Shown piece by piece: positions 1-12,686 of a DNA stretch of 64,000 nt. The notes under the pieces are model-generated. The model did not search any database. It saw nothing but the letters and a program-made list of their open reading frames with translations, and was not told the origin of the DNA. The stretch's first letter is position 1; each line of letters begins with the position of its first letter. The translations under genes and the position numbers were made by a program. The stretch is from Malacoraja senta (Eukaryota): the NCBI GenBank assembly GCA_038087875.1, contig CM075995.1:6388001-6452000 (forward strand), written 5' to 3'.

Positions 1-134
1 ATCCTGTACCTGCCTTCTCTCCATACCCCCTGATCCCTTTAGCCACAAGGGCCACATCTAACTCCCTCTTAAACATAGCCAATGAACTGGCCTCAACTAC
101 CTTCTGTGGGAGAGAGTTCCACAGATTCAACAAC
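1..134 (-). mobile_element. CR1/HER1-type LINE 3' fragment, cut by the window edge
   Basis: Reverse complement resembles the ORF2 end and 3' UTR of the other CR1 copies in the window (gttgaatctgtggaactctctccc...gtagttgaggccagttcattgg). Confidence 0.75.
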
Positions 135-204
135 TTGCAATATCCTGTATGTTATATGTCTGTCTCTCCCCCATTATCCACCAAGCACCAGGTGTGTGTT
201 GTGT

Positions 205-446
205 GTTCAATCCTGACTACGGGTGCTGTCTGTATGGAATTTGTAAGTTCTTTCCGTGACGTGCGTGGGTTTTCTCCGGGTGCTCCGGTTTCCTCCCGCA
301 CTGAAGACGTGCAGGTTTGTAGATTAATTGGCTTCAGTAAAATTGTGAATTGTCCCTAGTGTGTGTAGGATAGTGCTAGTGTACGGGGTCATAGCTGGTC
401 GGTGCCGCCTCAGTGGGCCGAAGGGCCTGCTTCCGCGCTGTATCTT
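205..446 (+). mobile_element. V-SINE (HE1-like), 5'-truncated
   Basis: B-box remnant gttcaatcc, V-domain (gggttttctccgggtgctccggtttcctccc), CR1-type tail gggccgaagggcctgcttccgcgctgtatct. Confidence 0.85.
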
Positions 447-447
447 A

Positions 448-788
448 AGTGATTAGACAGGCTAGATGCAGGAAAAAATGTTCCCCATGTTGGGGGAGTC
501 AGGACCAGGGGTCACAGTTTAAGAATAAGGGGTAGGCCATTCAGGAGTGAGATGAGGAAAAACGTTTTCACTTAGAGAATTGTGAATTTGTGGAATTCTC
601 TGCCACAGAAGGCAGTGGAGGCTAATTCACTGGATGTATTCATGAGAGAGATTTGGCTCTGAGGGCTAACTGAATCAAGGGATATGGGGGGGGGAAGCAG
701 GAATGGGGTACTGATTTTGGATGATCAGCCATGATCATATTGAATGGCAGTGCTGGCTCGAATGGCCTACTTTTTTCTATGTTTCTAT
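448..788 (+). mobile_element. CR1 LINE 3' end (subfamily with ctatgttt tail)
   Basis: Decayed ORF2 C-terminus (LDRLDAG, TRGHSLRIRGRPF, VNLWNSLPQKAVEA) followed by 3' UTR and ttctatgtttctat tail. Confidence 0.85.
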
Positions 789-1195
789 CTCAAAGTCTAA
801 AGGGTTCCGACCTGAAACGTCACGTATACAAGTTCTCGAGAAATGGTGTCTGACCTGAGTTACGCCAGCACTTTGTGTCCTTTTGTGTATTAGCCAGCAT
901 TTGCAGTTCTATATTTCTGCATAGCAATGTTCTTATTTAGTTTTATTTTACATGGAATAACGTAATAGTTTGAAATGCACACCCTCCAAGCTGCAGGTGG
1001 GAGCAGAAGATTGATCAAAACTGACTGAACTTGCAAAGACTGAACATCTTGAGTTTATACTCCCTGTTTTGAATTTTCTACTCGTCAGTCATCTTATCAC
1101 ACTAATTTTTTCAAGCTGTTGGTGATGGTTGGATGTTTTTCCATGTGCACTTTATAAGAGGAGATGTATGCATTATTTGAGGCTCTGTTAGGCGC

Positions 1196-1741
1196 TGGCA
1201 GGCTATATTTGGAATATTTTGGGCACCATATCTGAGGAAGGATGTGCTGGCTCTGGAGAGGGTCCAGAGGAGGTTTACAAGAATGATCCCAGGAATGAGT
1301 AGGTTAACATTTGATGAAAGTTTGTCGGCACTGGGGCTGTACTCACTGGAGTTTCGAAGAATGAGGGGGGGACCTCATTGAAATACAGAATAGTGAAAGG
1401 CTTGGATAGAGTGGATGTGGGGACGATGTTTCCACTAGTGGGAGGGTCTAGGACTAGAGGTCATAGTCTCATGGACGTTCTTTTACGAAGGAGATGAAAA
1501 GAAATTTCTCTAGTCAGAGGGTGGTGAATCTGTGGAATTCTTTGCCACAGAAGGCTGTGGCGGCAAAGTCAGTTGATATATTTAAGGCAGAGATAGATTG
1601 TTGATTAGTGCAGGTGTGAGAGGTTATGGGGAAAAGGCAGGAGAATGGGGTTAGGAGGGAGAGAGATCAGCCATGATTGAATGGCGGAGTAGACTTGATG
1701 GGCCGAATGACCTAATTCTACTATCACATATAACTTATGAT
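1196..1741 (+). mobile_element. CR1 LINE 3' fragment (subfamily with cttatga tail)
   Basis: Encodes APYLRKDVLALERVQRRFTRMIPGM...LGLYSLEFRRMRG; 3' UTR ends gggccgaatgacctaattct...aacttatga. Confidence 0.85.
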
Positions 1742-1817
1742 TAGCTTTGTGCAACGTGTGTATTTTGTGGCAGAAGTTTGACAGCCTTTGTGGTGTTTAT
1801 ACTATAAGGTCCTAGTC

Positions 1818-2122
1818 CACGGCGTCACAGCGGTAGAGCTGCTGCCTTAGTGCCAGAGACCCGGGTTCGATCCTGACTACAGGTGCTATCTGTACGGAGT
1901 TTGTACGTTCCCCACGTGACCTGCAAGATCGTTTTCTCCAAGATCTTCGGTTTCCTCCCACACTGCAAAGATGTACAGGTTTGTACGTCATTTGGCTTGG
2001 TATGAATGTAAAATTGTGCGTAGTGTGTGTAGGATAGTGTTAGTGTGCGGGGATCGATGGTCGGCGCGGGCACGGTGAGTCGACGAGCCTGTTTCCGCGC
2101 TATATCTCTAACTAAAGTAAAC
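1818..2122 (+). mobile_element. V-SINE (HE1-like), near full length
   Basis: tRNA-like head with B box ggttcgatcc, V-domain, CR1-derived tail, ctaa/ctaaag terminal repeats. Confidence 0.9.
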
Positions 2123-2544
2123 ATGCACCCTGTTTCCTGCCTCCCTCTACCCCAATAAATAAACTTCCCATTTGAAGTTGGGTGCCGGAGTTTGAGAGGG
2201 GGTTTGAAAAACTCTACTTTTTTGCGACAGTGCCATAATTCTGCGTGCTAGATGGTTCCATAATCTACAGGCATCAAAGTTAATTCTAGATCTTGTTCAA
2301 GTGTTTGATTAGACATGCTTTGAAATGCAATAGATTATGAAAAAGCTGTGAAATCCAAGAAGAGTATTGTTTAAGCTGAGAAAATACTAGGTGGGTTTTT
2401 ACATTCTGGGTGAACAGGCCAATAAATAAGGTTCAAAGCCCTGAAAACAGATGCATTATTTGGATGTAGTTGGGTTAGTAGTAGATACTGAAGCATGTGA
2501 TGCAGTTCTGTTGTTTCTGTCTCCTCTATCTCAGCCCTTCAGAT

Positions 2545-2848
2545 CGGTACGGTGGCGCAGTGGTAGAGTCGCTGCCTCACATTGCCAGGTCCTGACTACG
2601 GGCACTGTCTGTACGGAGTTTGTACGTTCTCCCTGTGACCTACTGGGTTTTCTTCGAGATCTTCGGTTTCCTCCCACACTCCACGACATACAGGTTTGCA
2701 GGTTAACTGGCTTGGTATAAACGTTAAATTGTCCTTAGTGTGTGTAGGATAGTGTTCGTGTGCGGGGATCGCTGGTTTGTGCCGACCCGGTGAGCTGAAG
2801 GGTGAGTTTTCCGCACTGTATTTCTGAACTAAACCAAATTAAACTAAA
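2545..2848 (+). mobile_element. V-SINE
   Basis: A box tggcgcagtgg, V-domain, (ctaaa)n-like tail. Confidence 0.85.
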
Positions 2849-2943
2849 TTGGGGTAGAATGCTCGTATGGATTACGTGCAGGCAGAAGTGATTAGTTTAA
2901 CGTGGCATCATGTTTGGCACGGACATTGTGTTCCTATGCTCTA

Positions 2944-3223
2944 CTTTAGTTTAGAGATACAGCTTGAAAGCAGGCCCTTTGGCCAACCGAGCATGCCGAC
3001 TAACACTATCCTACATACTAGGGACAATTTACAATCTTTACTGAAGCCAATTAACCTACAAACCTGTACCTCTTTGGAGTGTGGAAACCGGAGCATCTGG
3101 AGAAAACTCGCGCGGTCACTAGGAGAACATGCAAACTCCTTACAGACAGCACTCAGTCAGGATCTAACCCGGGTCTATGGCGCTGTGAGGCAGCAGCTCT
3201 ACCAGTGTATCACCGTGCCGCCC
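2944..3223 (-). mobile_element. V-SINE
   Basis: Reverse-complement copy of the same consensus, tail-to-tail with the preceding copy. Confidence 0.85.
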
Positions 3224-4663
3224 CTAAACCTTTGCTGAGCAATGCCACTTTAATGTCAACCTTGCAAATTGATTGTTTGCGTTTGCTTATCTCATAGGCA
3301 GCTCTGCCGCTATGCCACTGTGCTGCCCTTGTATATTCTGTTATCAAATATCGTGCTTGCTTATTTTAACTCCTGTTATTTTTTTAATTGTGCCTCCGAA
3401 CTCTATCGAACCTCGAGCATTTTCGTTCAAAACTGGGTCTTTCTTCGTCAGAAGTGTAATTGGAAACGCTATTCTTGTCACTTTGCATTGAGCAGTGGAG
3501 TGACATGCAGTGAAAAGGCTGGGGTGTAAGGACTTGCTGGGGCTTGACGAGTTAAATTTGATTGTATTTCACAGCTGAACCATAAATAACCACGAAAGGT
3601 GCTGAATTTTAGATATTGTGCGACTCGGGAATAAAAGGACGTACCTTTTAGAAAGGAGATGAGGAGGAATTTCTTTAGTCGGGGTGGTGAACCTGTGGAA
3701 TTAATTGGCACAGACGGCTGTGGAGACCAAGTCAATGGATATTTTTAAAGGCAGAGATTGACAGATTCTTGATCAGTGCAGGTGTCAGGGGTTATGGGGA
3801 GAAGGCAGGAATGGGGTTAAGACGGAGAGATAGATCAGCCATGATTGTATGGCGAAGTAGACTTGATGGGTCGAATGGGCAAATTCTGCTCCTATGAACT
3901 TATGAAAAGCATATCTCATTCTTCTTTGAAGATGGACACAATGCTGGAGTAACTCAGTGGGAAAGGCAGCATCTCTGGCGAATGGGTGCCGTTTCGGGTC
4001 GAGACCCTTCTTTGTTTCTAGTGCCACAGTGGCACGTAAACACCATTAATACTACTAAAATTTAATGGTTTAAAAATTAAATTCCTGCCTTTTGCAGCAT
4101 AATCGTGTTTTGCTTTGTCTAATCTGCCAGTTAGCAGAGATTAGGCCGTAGAAAATGGGTCGACATTGTCGGGTTTTTAATTTCCACTGAATTTGCAATT
4201 AGCAGGCTGCAGGGATACGGTCTAGGTATTTGCAGGCTTCATTCCCATCAATTTAAGTGTCTTAACAAATGCCCTGGAGTTGTGCAAACGTTGTGCACAA
4301 TCGGTGAACGTGGACGGCAGTGTGTCTTTATTGGGTTGTAAAAATTTTGAGAGCAGACTTTGGTTTTTAAAACATCATTTTGTTAAACAGGGTGCAACAA
4401 TAAAAGCAGGGCGACACTGATAATGTTGTGTGTTGTGCCGAGCCGTCTTCCATTTAGACTCCACTGGGTTTCGAGACTTAATTCATTGCTCTACGGTGGT
4501 GTACCCACAGCTGCTGAGGACTCTTTACAAATGCAAAGAAGCTGTCAGCGGTCGTTTCATCAGAGGCACAACTGATGAGGCCAGGCCAGGAATCCAAAGC
4601 ACTGAGTAAATAGAATGGACGTTTCAAATATTTCTTAGCTGCAAACCAAAACTACGTTTGTGT

Positions 4664-4970
4664 TTAGTTTAGTTGAGAGATACAGCAGAAACCGGCCCTT
4701 CGGCCCACTGAGACCATACCAACCAGCGATCCCCGCACATTAGCACTATCCTATGCACACGCACGTGTACACACACACACCAATTTGCATTTATACCAAG
4801 CCAATTAACCTACAAACCTGTACATCTTTGGAATGTGGGAGGAAACCGGAGATCTCGGAGAAAATCCACACGGTCAAGGGGAGCACGTACAAACTCCATA
4901 CAGACAAGCACCCGTAGTCAGGATCGAACCCGGGTCTCTGGCGCTGTGAGGCAGAACTCTACCGCTACCG
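4664..4970 (-). mobile_element. V-SINE
   Basis: tttagtttag tail, V-domain, ggatcgaacc (B box on the minus strand). Confidence 0.9.
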
Positions 4971-6120
4971 TGCAGTACCGTTTGTGAAGCAAGAAGCATT
5001 CAGAACCTTGCCCTTCCACATATCTTTAGTCTCCCATTCATAAGCTCATACATAATATGAGCAGGGTCCTTCTATTTGGCCCATCAAGTCTACTCAGCCA
5101 TTCAATCATGGCTGATCTATCTCTCCCTCCTAACCCAATCCTCCTGCATAACTCCGACACCTGTACTAATCAACAATCTATCTATCTCTGCCTTAAAAAT
5201 ATCCATTGAGTTGGCCTCCACAGCCATTTGTGGCAATGAATTCCACAGATTCACCACCATCTCATGAAATAAATTGCTCCTCATCTCCTTCCCAAAGGAA
5301 CGTCCTTTAATTCTGAGGCTATGACTTCTGGTCTTAGACTCTCCCGCTCTCACCTGACTCTCAATCTAAAGAAGGGTCTCGACCCAAAACATCACCTATT
5401 ACTTTTCTCCAGCGATGCTGCCTGTCTCGCTGAGTTACTCAAGCATTTTGTGTCAACGTTCAGCTGAAAGACTATATATTGGAATCGTGCCGTCCACAGT
5501 GTACAGAAACACGATAAAGGGAATAACGTTTAGAGCAAGATAAACCCAGTAAAGTCCGATCAAAGATAGTCCGAGGGTCACAAATGAGTTAGATAGTAGT
5601 TCAGGACCGCTCTCTGGTTGTGGTAGATGATTCAGTTATCTGATAACAATTGGGAAGAAACTGTCCTTGAATCTGGAGGTGTGTGTTTTCACTCTTCTGT
5701 ACCTATTGCCCGTTGGGAGAGGGGAGAAGAAGGAGCGGCCAGGGTGCGAATCATCCTTGGTTACGCTGCTTTAAAAAATGCAGATGTGAACAATGCACTG
5801 TATACTCAACCTCTCTGCTACTCCCCTTGCAGAAGTGGCAGTAATCCAAGCGCAGCAACAATAAAACACTGGGCATGATGTCTGGATTTAACCCAGAGAA
5901 CAGAATATCAAGCTTTTTAACTTATTTGTCAAATTGGATCATAGAACAGTACAGTGCAGATACGGGGCCCTTTGGCCCACAATGTCCGTGGCGAACATGA
6001 TGCCAAGTTTAATTGATCTCTTGCCTGCACATGATCCATGTTGCTTCATTTACTGCATCTCTTTAGACTTTAGAGATACAGTGCGGAAACAGGCCCATTG
6101 GCCCACAATGTCAGTGCCAC

Positions 6121-6232
6121 AGTCTGAAGAAGGGTCTCGATCCGAAACGTCACCCATTGATGCTCCCTTTCCTGCTGAGTTACTCTTGCATTTTGCGTCT
6201 ACCTCTGGTGTAAACCAGCATCTGCAGGTCTT
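6121..6232 (+). mobile_element. Penelope-like element 3' terminal fragment with intact minimal hammerhead core
   Basis: 6124-6151 reads CTGAAGA-A-GGGTCTCGATCC-GAAA-CGTC, followed by the family terminus (gctgagttactc...aaaccagcatctgcag). Confidence 0.8.
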
Positions 6233-6309
6233 TACTACAGAATACAGCATGGAGTTAAACTGATCTCCTCTTAGCCTGCATGTGATCCATATTCTGCGAA
6301 TGGCTCGAT

Positions 6310-7008
6310 TGCAATCACAATCACAATCACAATCAACCACAATAATACTTTATTAGCCAAGTATGTTTTGCAACGTACGAGGAATTTCATTTGCCAAGTC
6401 AGTCATACAAATAAAAAGCAATAGAGCACACAAAATACATTTTAACATAAACATCCACCACAGAGACTCCACATTCCTCGCTGTGACTGAAGGCGAAAAA
6501 AAGTTCAATTGCTTTCCTTAACTCTCCTGCTGTTGGTGGCCTCGAGCACTCCGTTGACGGGACGATCTTGACTCCCGTAGCCAGCGGCGTTTTGGCCCCC
6601 GGGGGGGGGGGGGCGATCGGAGCTGGTCGAGCCTCTCCCGAGACTGCGTTCGTCGGAGCTCCCGACTAGCCTCTCCCAAGACTGCAAGCTCTTGATGGTA
6701 AGTCCGCAGGCCACGGTTGGAGCGATCCCAGGCAAGGGATCAGCTCCAATATTAAGTCCACGCCCCGCAGTGAGGCCCAAGGTCAGACCGAGGAGGTCTC
6801 CAGCTCCATTGATAGTAGACCGGAGACGTGACCCAAAAACATTGCGTCTCCGGAGAGGTAAGAAACTGAAGGGAAAAAAATTCTCCGACCCCCCCCCACT
6901 CCTTCCCCCCACGTAAAACAAACCGGAGAACATTTACACGAACTTACAAAACGCACTAAAAATAAAAAAAAGACATGTTTGCGGGGCTGCCAATCGTTCG
7001 CCGCCCCT
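6310..7008 (-). mobile_element. Non-autonomous retroposon with GC-rich body and Rex1-like 3' end
   Basis: (gattgt)n tail after aataaa; 3' end resembles that of the Rex1 copy at ~12690; related copy at ~58010-58262 (+); no tRNA head or credible ORF. Confidence 0.55.
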
Positions 7009-7675
7009 GGTATTGTCTTTCCGCTGACTGGTTAGCACACAACAAAAGCTTTTTTCTGTACCGCGGTACACGTGACAATAAACGAAACTCCATTTCCTGC
7101 ATATTTTTAGACTATAGAGATGCAGGGCCCACCAGGTCCATGCCCACCACGATCCCCGTACACCGGCACTATCCTACATACACATGGGACAATTTACATT
7201 TTACAATTTACTTTTTTTTTTAAAGCCAATTAGCCTCTAAACCTATATGTCTTTGGAGTACCCGGGGTGAACCCACGCAGTCTTTGGGAGAACGTACAAA
7301 CTCAGTACAGACAGCACCCTTTGTCAGGATCGAATCCAGGTCTCTGGAGCTGTAAGGCAGCAGCTCTACTGCTGCGCCACTGTGCCGTCATGAGTTATTT
7401 TAGTTTACATAGGTATGTCGAAGTTTTGCATTGTTTTTGGCATGATTGCAATGGTTTATTTTTCTCGGATAATTGCTGGGAACTGTTTGTAAAGTCAATT
7501 TATCTAAAGCTGACATTCTATTATATCAGTCAATAGTCTTCCGTGCATCTTGTCAATTTTTCACATTGTTTCCCCCCTCTTTTTTAATTGGTTTTACTTT
7601 ATTAAACCTTTGCTATTATATTGCACCTCGATTGAATCTGGTAATTTTTATCAGCTTGGGTTTAAAATTATGTCT

Positions 7676-7943
7676 TTAGTTTAGAGATACAGAGTGGAAA
7701 CAAGCCCTTCGGATCACCGAGTCGACGCTGACCAGCGATTCCCGTACACACACACACACACACTAGGGACGATTTTACCGAAGCAATTAACCTACAAACC
7801 TGCACATCTACGGAGTGTGGGAGGAAACTGGAGAAAACTCATGCAGCTCACGGGAAAAAGTGCAAACTTTATACAGACTCTAGGCCAGGATCAAACCCGG
7901 GTCTATGGCGCTGTAAGGCAGCAACTCTACCTCCACGCTGCCC
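7676..7943 (-). mobile_element. V-SINE
   Basis: Same consensus on the minus strand, with an internal (CA)n expansion. Confidence 0.85.
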
Positions 7944-8084
7944 TCAAATAACTTGATTCAAAGAATAGGAGCTCCAAAACCAATTGTGTGGAACCCTTCT
8001 GGCTTTTGTCCTTGAATTATACAGCAAGGAAACAGGCCCTTCAGCCCACCAGGTTCATGTCAACCTTTGAACCCCATTTTCTTC

Positions 8085-8495
8085 GTCATAGAGTGATACA
8101 GTGTGGAAACGGGCCCTTTGGCCCATCTTGCCCACAACTGCCAATGTCCCATCTACACTAGTTCCACCTGCCTGCGTTTGGCCCATACCCCTCTAAACCT
8201 TTCCTAACCATGTACCTGTCTAAATGTTTCTTCTCCACACCTTCTCATTGCCTCCCGATTCCACCCTTCACCTCGGTGCTAGAGGCAAGGTACAGTAGCT
8301 AATTATCCTACCACCTTTTACCGGGAGAACTCTAGGCAGATGGGATCCAAGATAAGGATTGATCTTGTATACCTCTAAAAGATCACCCCTCATCCTCCTG
8401 CTTGCTCCTGGCTTGCTCAACCTCTCCCAGTAGCTCAGGCCCTCGAGTCCTGGCAACATCTTCAGAAATTTCCTCTGCATCCGTTCCAGCTTAAC
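8085..8495 (-). mobile_element. CR1 LINE 3' fragments (subfamily sharing its tail with the V-SINE)
   Basis: Minus strand ends gggccaaagggcccgtttccacactgtatcactctatgac; ORF remnant QRKFLKMLPGLEGLSYWERL...RRMRGDLLEVYKI. Confidence 0.75.
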
Positions 8496-8797
8496 AGTGG
8501 CACAGTGGTAGCATTGCTGCCTTACAGCGCCAGAGATCCAGGTTCAATCCTGACCGCAGGTTGTCTGTAGGGGGTTTGTCTGTTCTTCGCATGACCTGCG
8601 TGTGTTTTTTAACGGGTGCTCTGGTTTCCTCCCACACTCAAGATGTACAGGTTTGCAGGCTGATTGGCTTCGGTAAATTTGTAAATTGTCACGTGTGTGT
8701 GTAGGGTAGTGTACGTAATTGTGCTGGGAACGCTGGTCGGTGCGGACTCGGTGGGCCGAAGGGCCTGTTTCGGTGTTGTATCTCTAAACGAAACTAA
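8494..8797 (+). mobile_element. V-SINE
   Basis: A box tggcacagtgg, B box ggttcaatcc, V-domain, tail. Confidence 0.9.
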
Positions 8798-9384
8798 GCA
8801 ACATTCCTACAGCAATGATGACTAAATGAACGTGTTTAATATTGCCCTATCTTTCTGTACTCAGTGTTGTACCAGGGTGGAATACAGTGGTTATTTGTTT
8901 GCCTAATCTCACGGACAAATTAAATGTTATCAAGTCGGGGTTTACAGTTTCAAAGTACATTAAATGGCGAAGCACTTTCCTGAGAGACTCTGGCCAAGCT
9001 TCAGCCTTCAAGGCCGTGATGTCGTGCCGAGGTAACATGAGAATGTAGTTATTTTAAAATGTCAAGAGATTGTTTCCTTAGAAAATGGCTGATCTATTGG
9101 ACTAAAGGTTGTAATAAAACTGCCTCGGGCACATGAAGGCCTTGTGTTGCCGTTCCCTGGTTTAGCATTTCTTATCTAATGAGCTGAGTAGAACTGAAAG
9201 CAGCGACAAACTTTTTTTCCCATCCACCTTATTTCTCCTTCATGGCTGAATAACTTCAGCTGGGAATAGCAGAGTTGGAGATAATGGTGGACCTGTGTCC
9301 GACAGGGTTGTGAGGGAGAGATAGAACAGCCATGATTGAATGACGGAGTAGACCTGATGGGCCGAATGGTCTAATTTTGCTATC

Positions 9385-9915
9385 CCTTATGAACTATCTT
9401 TCCCTCTCGACCGCATTGCTCCCCATAATCCCCAACACCTGTACTAATCAAGAATCTGTCAATCTCCGCCTTAAAAATACCCAATGGCCTCCACAGCCGT
9501 GTGTGTCAATGAATTTAATAGATTCACCACCCTCTGACTAAAGAAATTTTTCATCTCCTTCCTTAATGTATGTCCTTTTATTCTGAGGCTGTGCCCTCTG
9601 GTCCTAGACTTTCCCACTAGTGGAAGCATCCTCTCCACATCCACTCTATCCAGGCCTTTCACTATTCCTTAAGTTTCAATAAGATACACACCTCATCCTT
9701 CTAAACTCCAGCGAGTACAGGCCCAGTGCCATCAAATGTGGTTAACCCACTCAATTCCTGGGATCATTCTCGTAAACCTCCTCTGGACCCTCTCCAACGC
9801 CAGCACATCCTTCCTCGGATGTGGGGCCAGAAATTACTTGCAATACTCCAATTGTAGCCTGACCAGCGCCGTATGGAGCCTCAGCATTACATCCCTGTTT
9901 TTGTATTCTAGCCCT
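9385..9915 (-). mobile_element. CR1 LINE 3' fragment
   Basis: ORF track 9471..9662 (KGLDRVDVERMLPLVGKSRTRGHSLRIKG...FFSQRVVNLLNSL) is a CR1 ORF2 C-terminus. Confidence 0.85.
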
Positions 9916-11159
9916 CGATGTTCTTTCCACTGAGAGGTGTCGCAGCTGGTAGAGCTGCTGCCTCACAGAGCCAGAGACCCAGGTTCAATCCTGACCTCGG
10001 GCACTGTCTCTGCAGAGTTTGCAAATTCTCTGTGACTGCGTGGGTTTCGTCCAGGTGTTCCTGATTACCCCTCCAAAAATTTGTAAGTTCATTGGCTGCT
10101 GTAAATTGCCCCATAGACTTAGAGACCCATGTAGCGCCAGAGACCCATGTTTGATCCTGACCACAGGTGCTATCTGTACGGAGTTCGTACGTTCTCCCCA
10201 TGACATGCTTGGGTTGTCTACGTGATCTTTGGTTTCCTTCCAAGACTTGTCCCCAGTGTGTGTAGGGAGTATTAATCAATGGAGTTCGCTGGACAAACTA
10301 AACTAATTGTGATTATTAAGCTTCTTATTAAGCCTCAGCGTTGCATCCCTGTGATGTGATATCCATGCATAGATCTTGCCTGCTACGTTGAAGTCAGTAA
10401 CCTGAATTTTAAAAGACCAAAACATGCAGAAACCTGTTTAGACGCAGTTAAAGATTGGGCTTAATTCTTTCTAAGGGGTAGTGAATTCTGCTATTCATGG
10501 CTGGTGCTTTATTCAAATTTACAAGGGTGGTGAAGCATACTATGCAGCCTGCAAGAGAACGGATTTAGCACCAAAGGAAATCCCTTCAGTCACAAATGTT
10601 CTAACGCCTTTTGTTCACCGAAGCTGTCAGCTGCTTGGTTGAATACTGGAGACTGTTAACAAAACTACTGAGAGGTGACGTGTATTCGGAATAAGACTTT
10701 AGACCAGAGATACATCGTGGAAAAAGTCCCTTCAACCCACCAAGTCCACGCCGACTAGCGATATACACTAGCAATATCCTATACACTAGCCAACTAACCT
10801 ATAAACCTGTATGTTTTTCGAGTGTGGGAGGAAACCGGAGCACCCGGGGACAACCCACGTGGAGAACGTACAAACTCTGTACAGACAGCACCCGTAGTCA
10901 GGATCGAATCTGGCTCTGTAAGACAGCAACTCTACCGCTGTGCCATCCTTGCAACACCTTGCAGTATATCTCCCATTCACTTTGATTCCTAAAGTTGTGG
11001 CCGTCTTTTATTTTCATTTGCGGCTTCACGCCCACTCTGACCTTGGTTCCAGGGAAACTCGTTTATGACTCGTATGCGACTTTCATCATCCTGTTGCTCA
11101 AGTTCCATAATTTTTCAAGCAATCATCATTTCCAGAATTTTCTATTTTCATTTCGGTGT

Positions 11160-12000
11160 CGAGAACCAGAGGACATAGGTTTTAGGTGAGCGGTGGGAAA
11201 GATTTAATAGGAACCTGAGGGGGAACTTTTTTTACACAAAGGGTGGTGGGTGTATAGAAGGAGGCAGTGTATAGGAGGAGGTAATTGAGGCAGGTGCATT
11301 CACAACGTTTAAGAACATGGATAAGAAAAGTTTGGAGGGAATATGGGCCATAGTTTTGGTCACCCTGATATAGGAGAGATGTTGTTAAGCTGAAAAGAGT
11401 GCAGGGAAGATTTATGAGGCTGTTTCCAGGGGTAGAGGGCCTGAGCTATAGGGAGAAGTTGAGCAGGCTGGGACTCTATTCCTTGGAGCGCAGGAGGATG
11501 AGGGGTGATCTTATAGAGGTGTACAAAATCACGAGAGGAAGAGACAGCGAATGCCCAGAGTCTTCTACCCAGTGTCTATTAACTGACTGGTTAGCACGCC
11601 ACAAACTTTTCACTGTACCTCAGTACAAGTGACAATAAACTAGATTCAAACTTGGTATAGGGGAATCAAGAACCAGGAGGCATGTGTTTAAGAAGGAACT
11701 GCAGACACTTTTATCTACCTGGAGGCATGTGTTGAAGGTGAGGGGGGGGGGAAAGATAGGATCCTGAGGGGCAACCTTTCCACTAAAAGGGTGGTGGTGT
11801 ATAGAACGAGCTGCCAGAGGAGGTAGTTGAGGCAGGCACTATCGCAACATTTAAGAAACATTTGGGCAGCTACATGGATAGGACAGGTTTACAGGGATAT
11901 GCGTCAAATGCAGGCATGTTTGACTCGTGTAAATGGGGCATGTTCGTCGGTGTGGGCAAGTTGGCCTAATGGGCCTGTTTCCACACTGTATCACTCCATG
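11160..12000 (+). mobile_element. CR1 LINE 3' fragments (composite), interrupted by short Rex1 and Penelope pieces
   Basis: VQGRFMRLFPGVEGLSYREKLSRLGLYSLERRRMRGDLIEVYKI; ends gggcctgtttccacactgtatcactccatg. Confidence 0.8.
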
Positions 12001-12220
12001 GTTTGCCACTTCCAACCTCAAGGTTTCATTGCCAAACTGGAAACGCCCAGTTTAGCAGAAACTGACTGACACAAACTAATTTCAGATAATTTGGCTTTTC
12101 CCAATCATTCCACCTCCTTTTCCTGTTATACCCTCTTCCATCTTGTGCTGCCATCCCTTTTGTCATTTAATCCACCCTGTTGTTCTTGGCCACCATTCAT
12201 CGCTGGGTTTAGAAAGATGA

Positions 12221-12250
12221 GGAGGGGGCAGGGGGGGGGGGGGGGGGGGG

Positions 12251-12282
<32 letters not shown>

Positions 12283-12283
12283 G
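12221..12283 (+). repeat. Poly-G tract inside a CR1 fragment
   Basis: About 60 nt, almost pure G, at the position where other CR1 copies read atgaggggg(a)cctcattg. Confidence 0.9.
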
Positions 12284-12686
12284 CTCATTGAAACTTACCG
12301 AATAGTAAAAGGTCTGGATAGAGTGGATGTGGGGAGGATATTTCCACTAGTCTAGAGTCTAGGTTCTATGCCTCTTAGAAAGTTTAGTTTTGAGATACAG
12401 TGCGGAAACGGGCCCTTCGGCCCATCGATGAACCCAACGATACCCATGCACTACCCTACACACAATAGTAACGATTTACAATTTTACTAAAGCCAATTAG
12501 CCTATAAACCTGTACATGTTTGGAGTGTGGGATGAAAACGGAGCTCCCGGACAAAACCCACGCAGATCACGGGGAGAACGTACAAACTACGTACAGACAA
12601 GCATCCATAGTCAAGATCGAACCCAGGTCTCTGGTGCTGTTAGACAGCAACTCTACCGCTGCGCCGCACTGTTAATCTCCAGCCAT

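Noticed and set aside
4572..4595. CTGATGA-GGCCAGGCC as a hammerhead
   Set aside because: No GAAA after the putative stem II, and no plausible stems I or III.
8948..9036. Possible exon (tttacag ... gag|gtaaca)
   Set aside because: Weak splice sites and no recognisable peptide.
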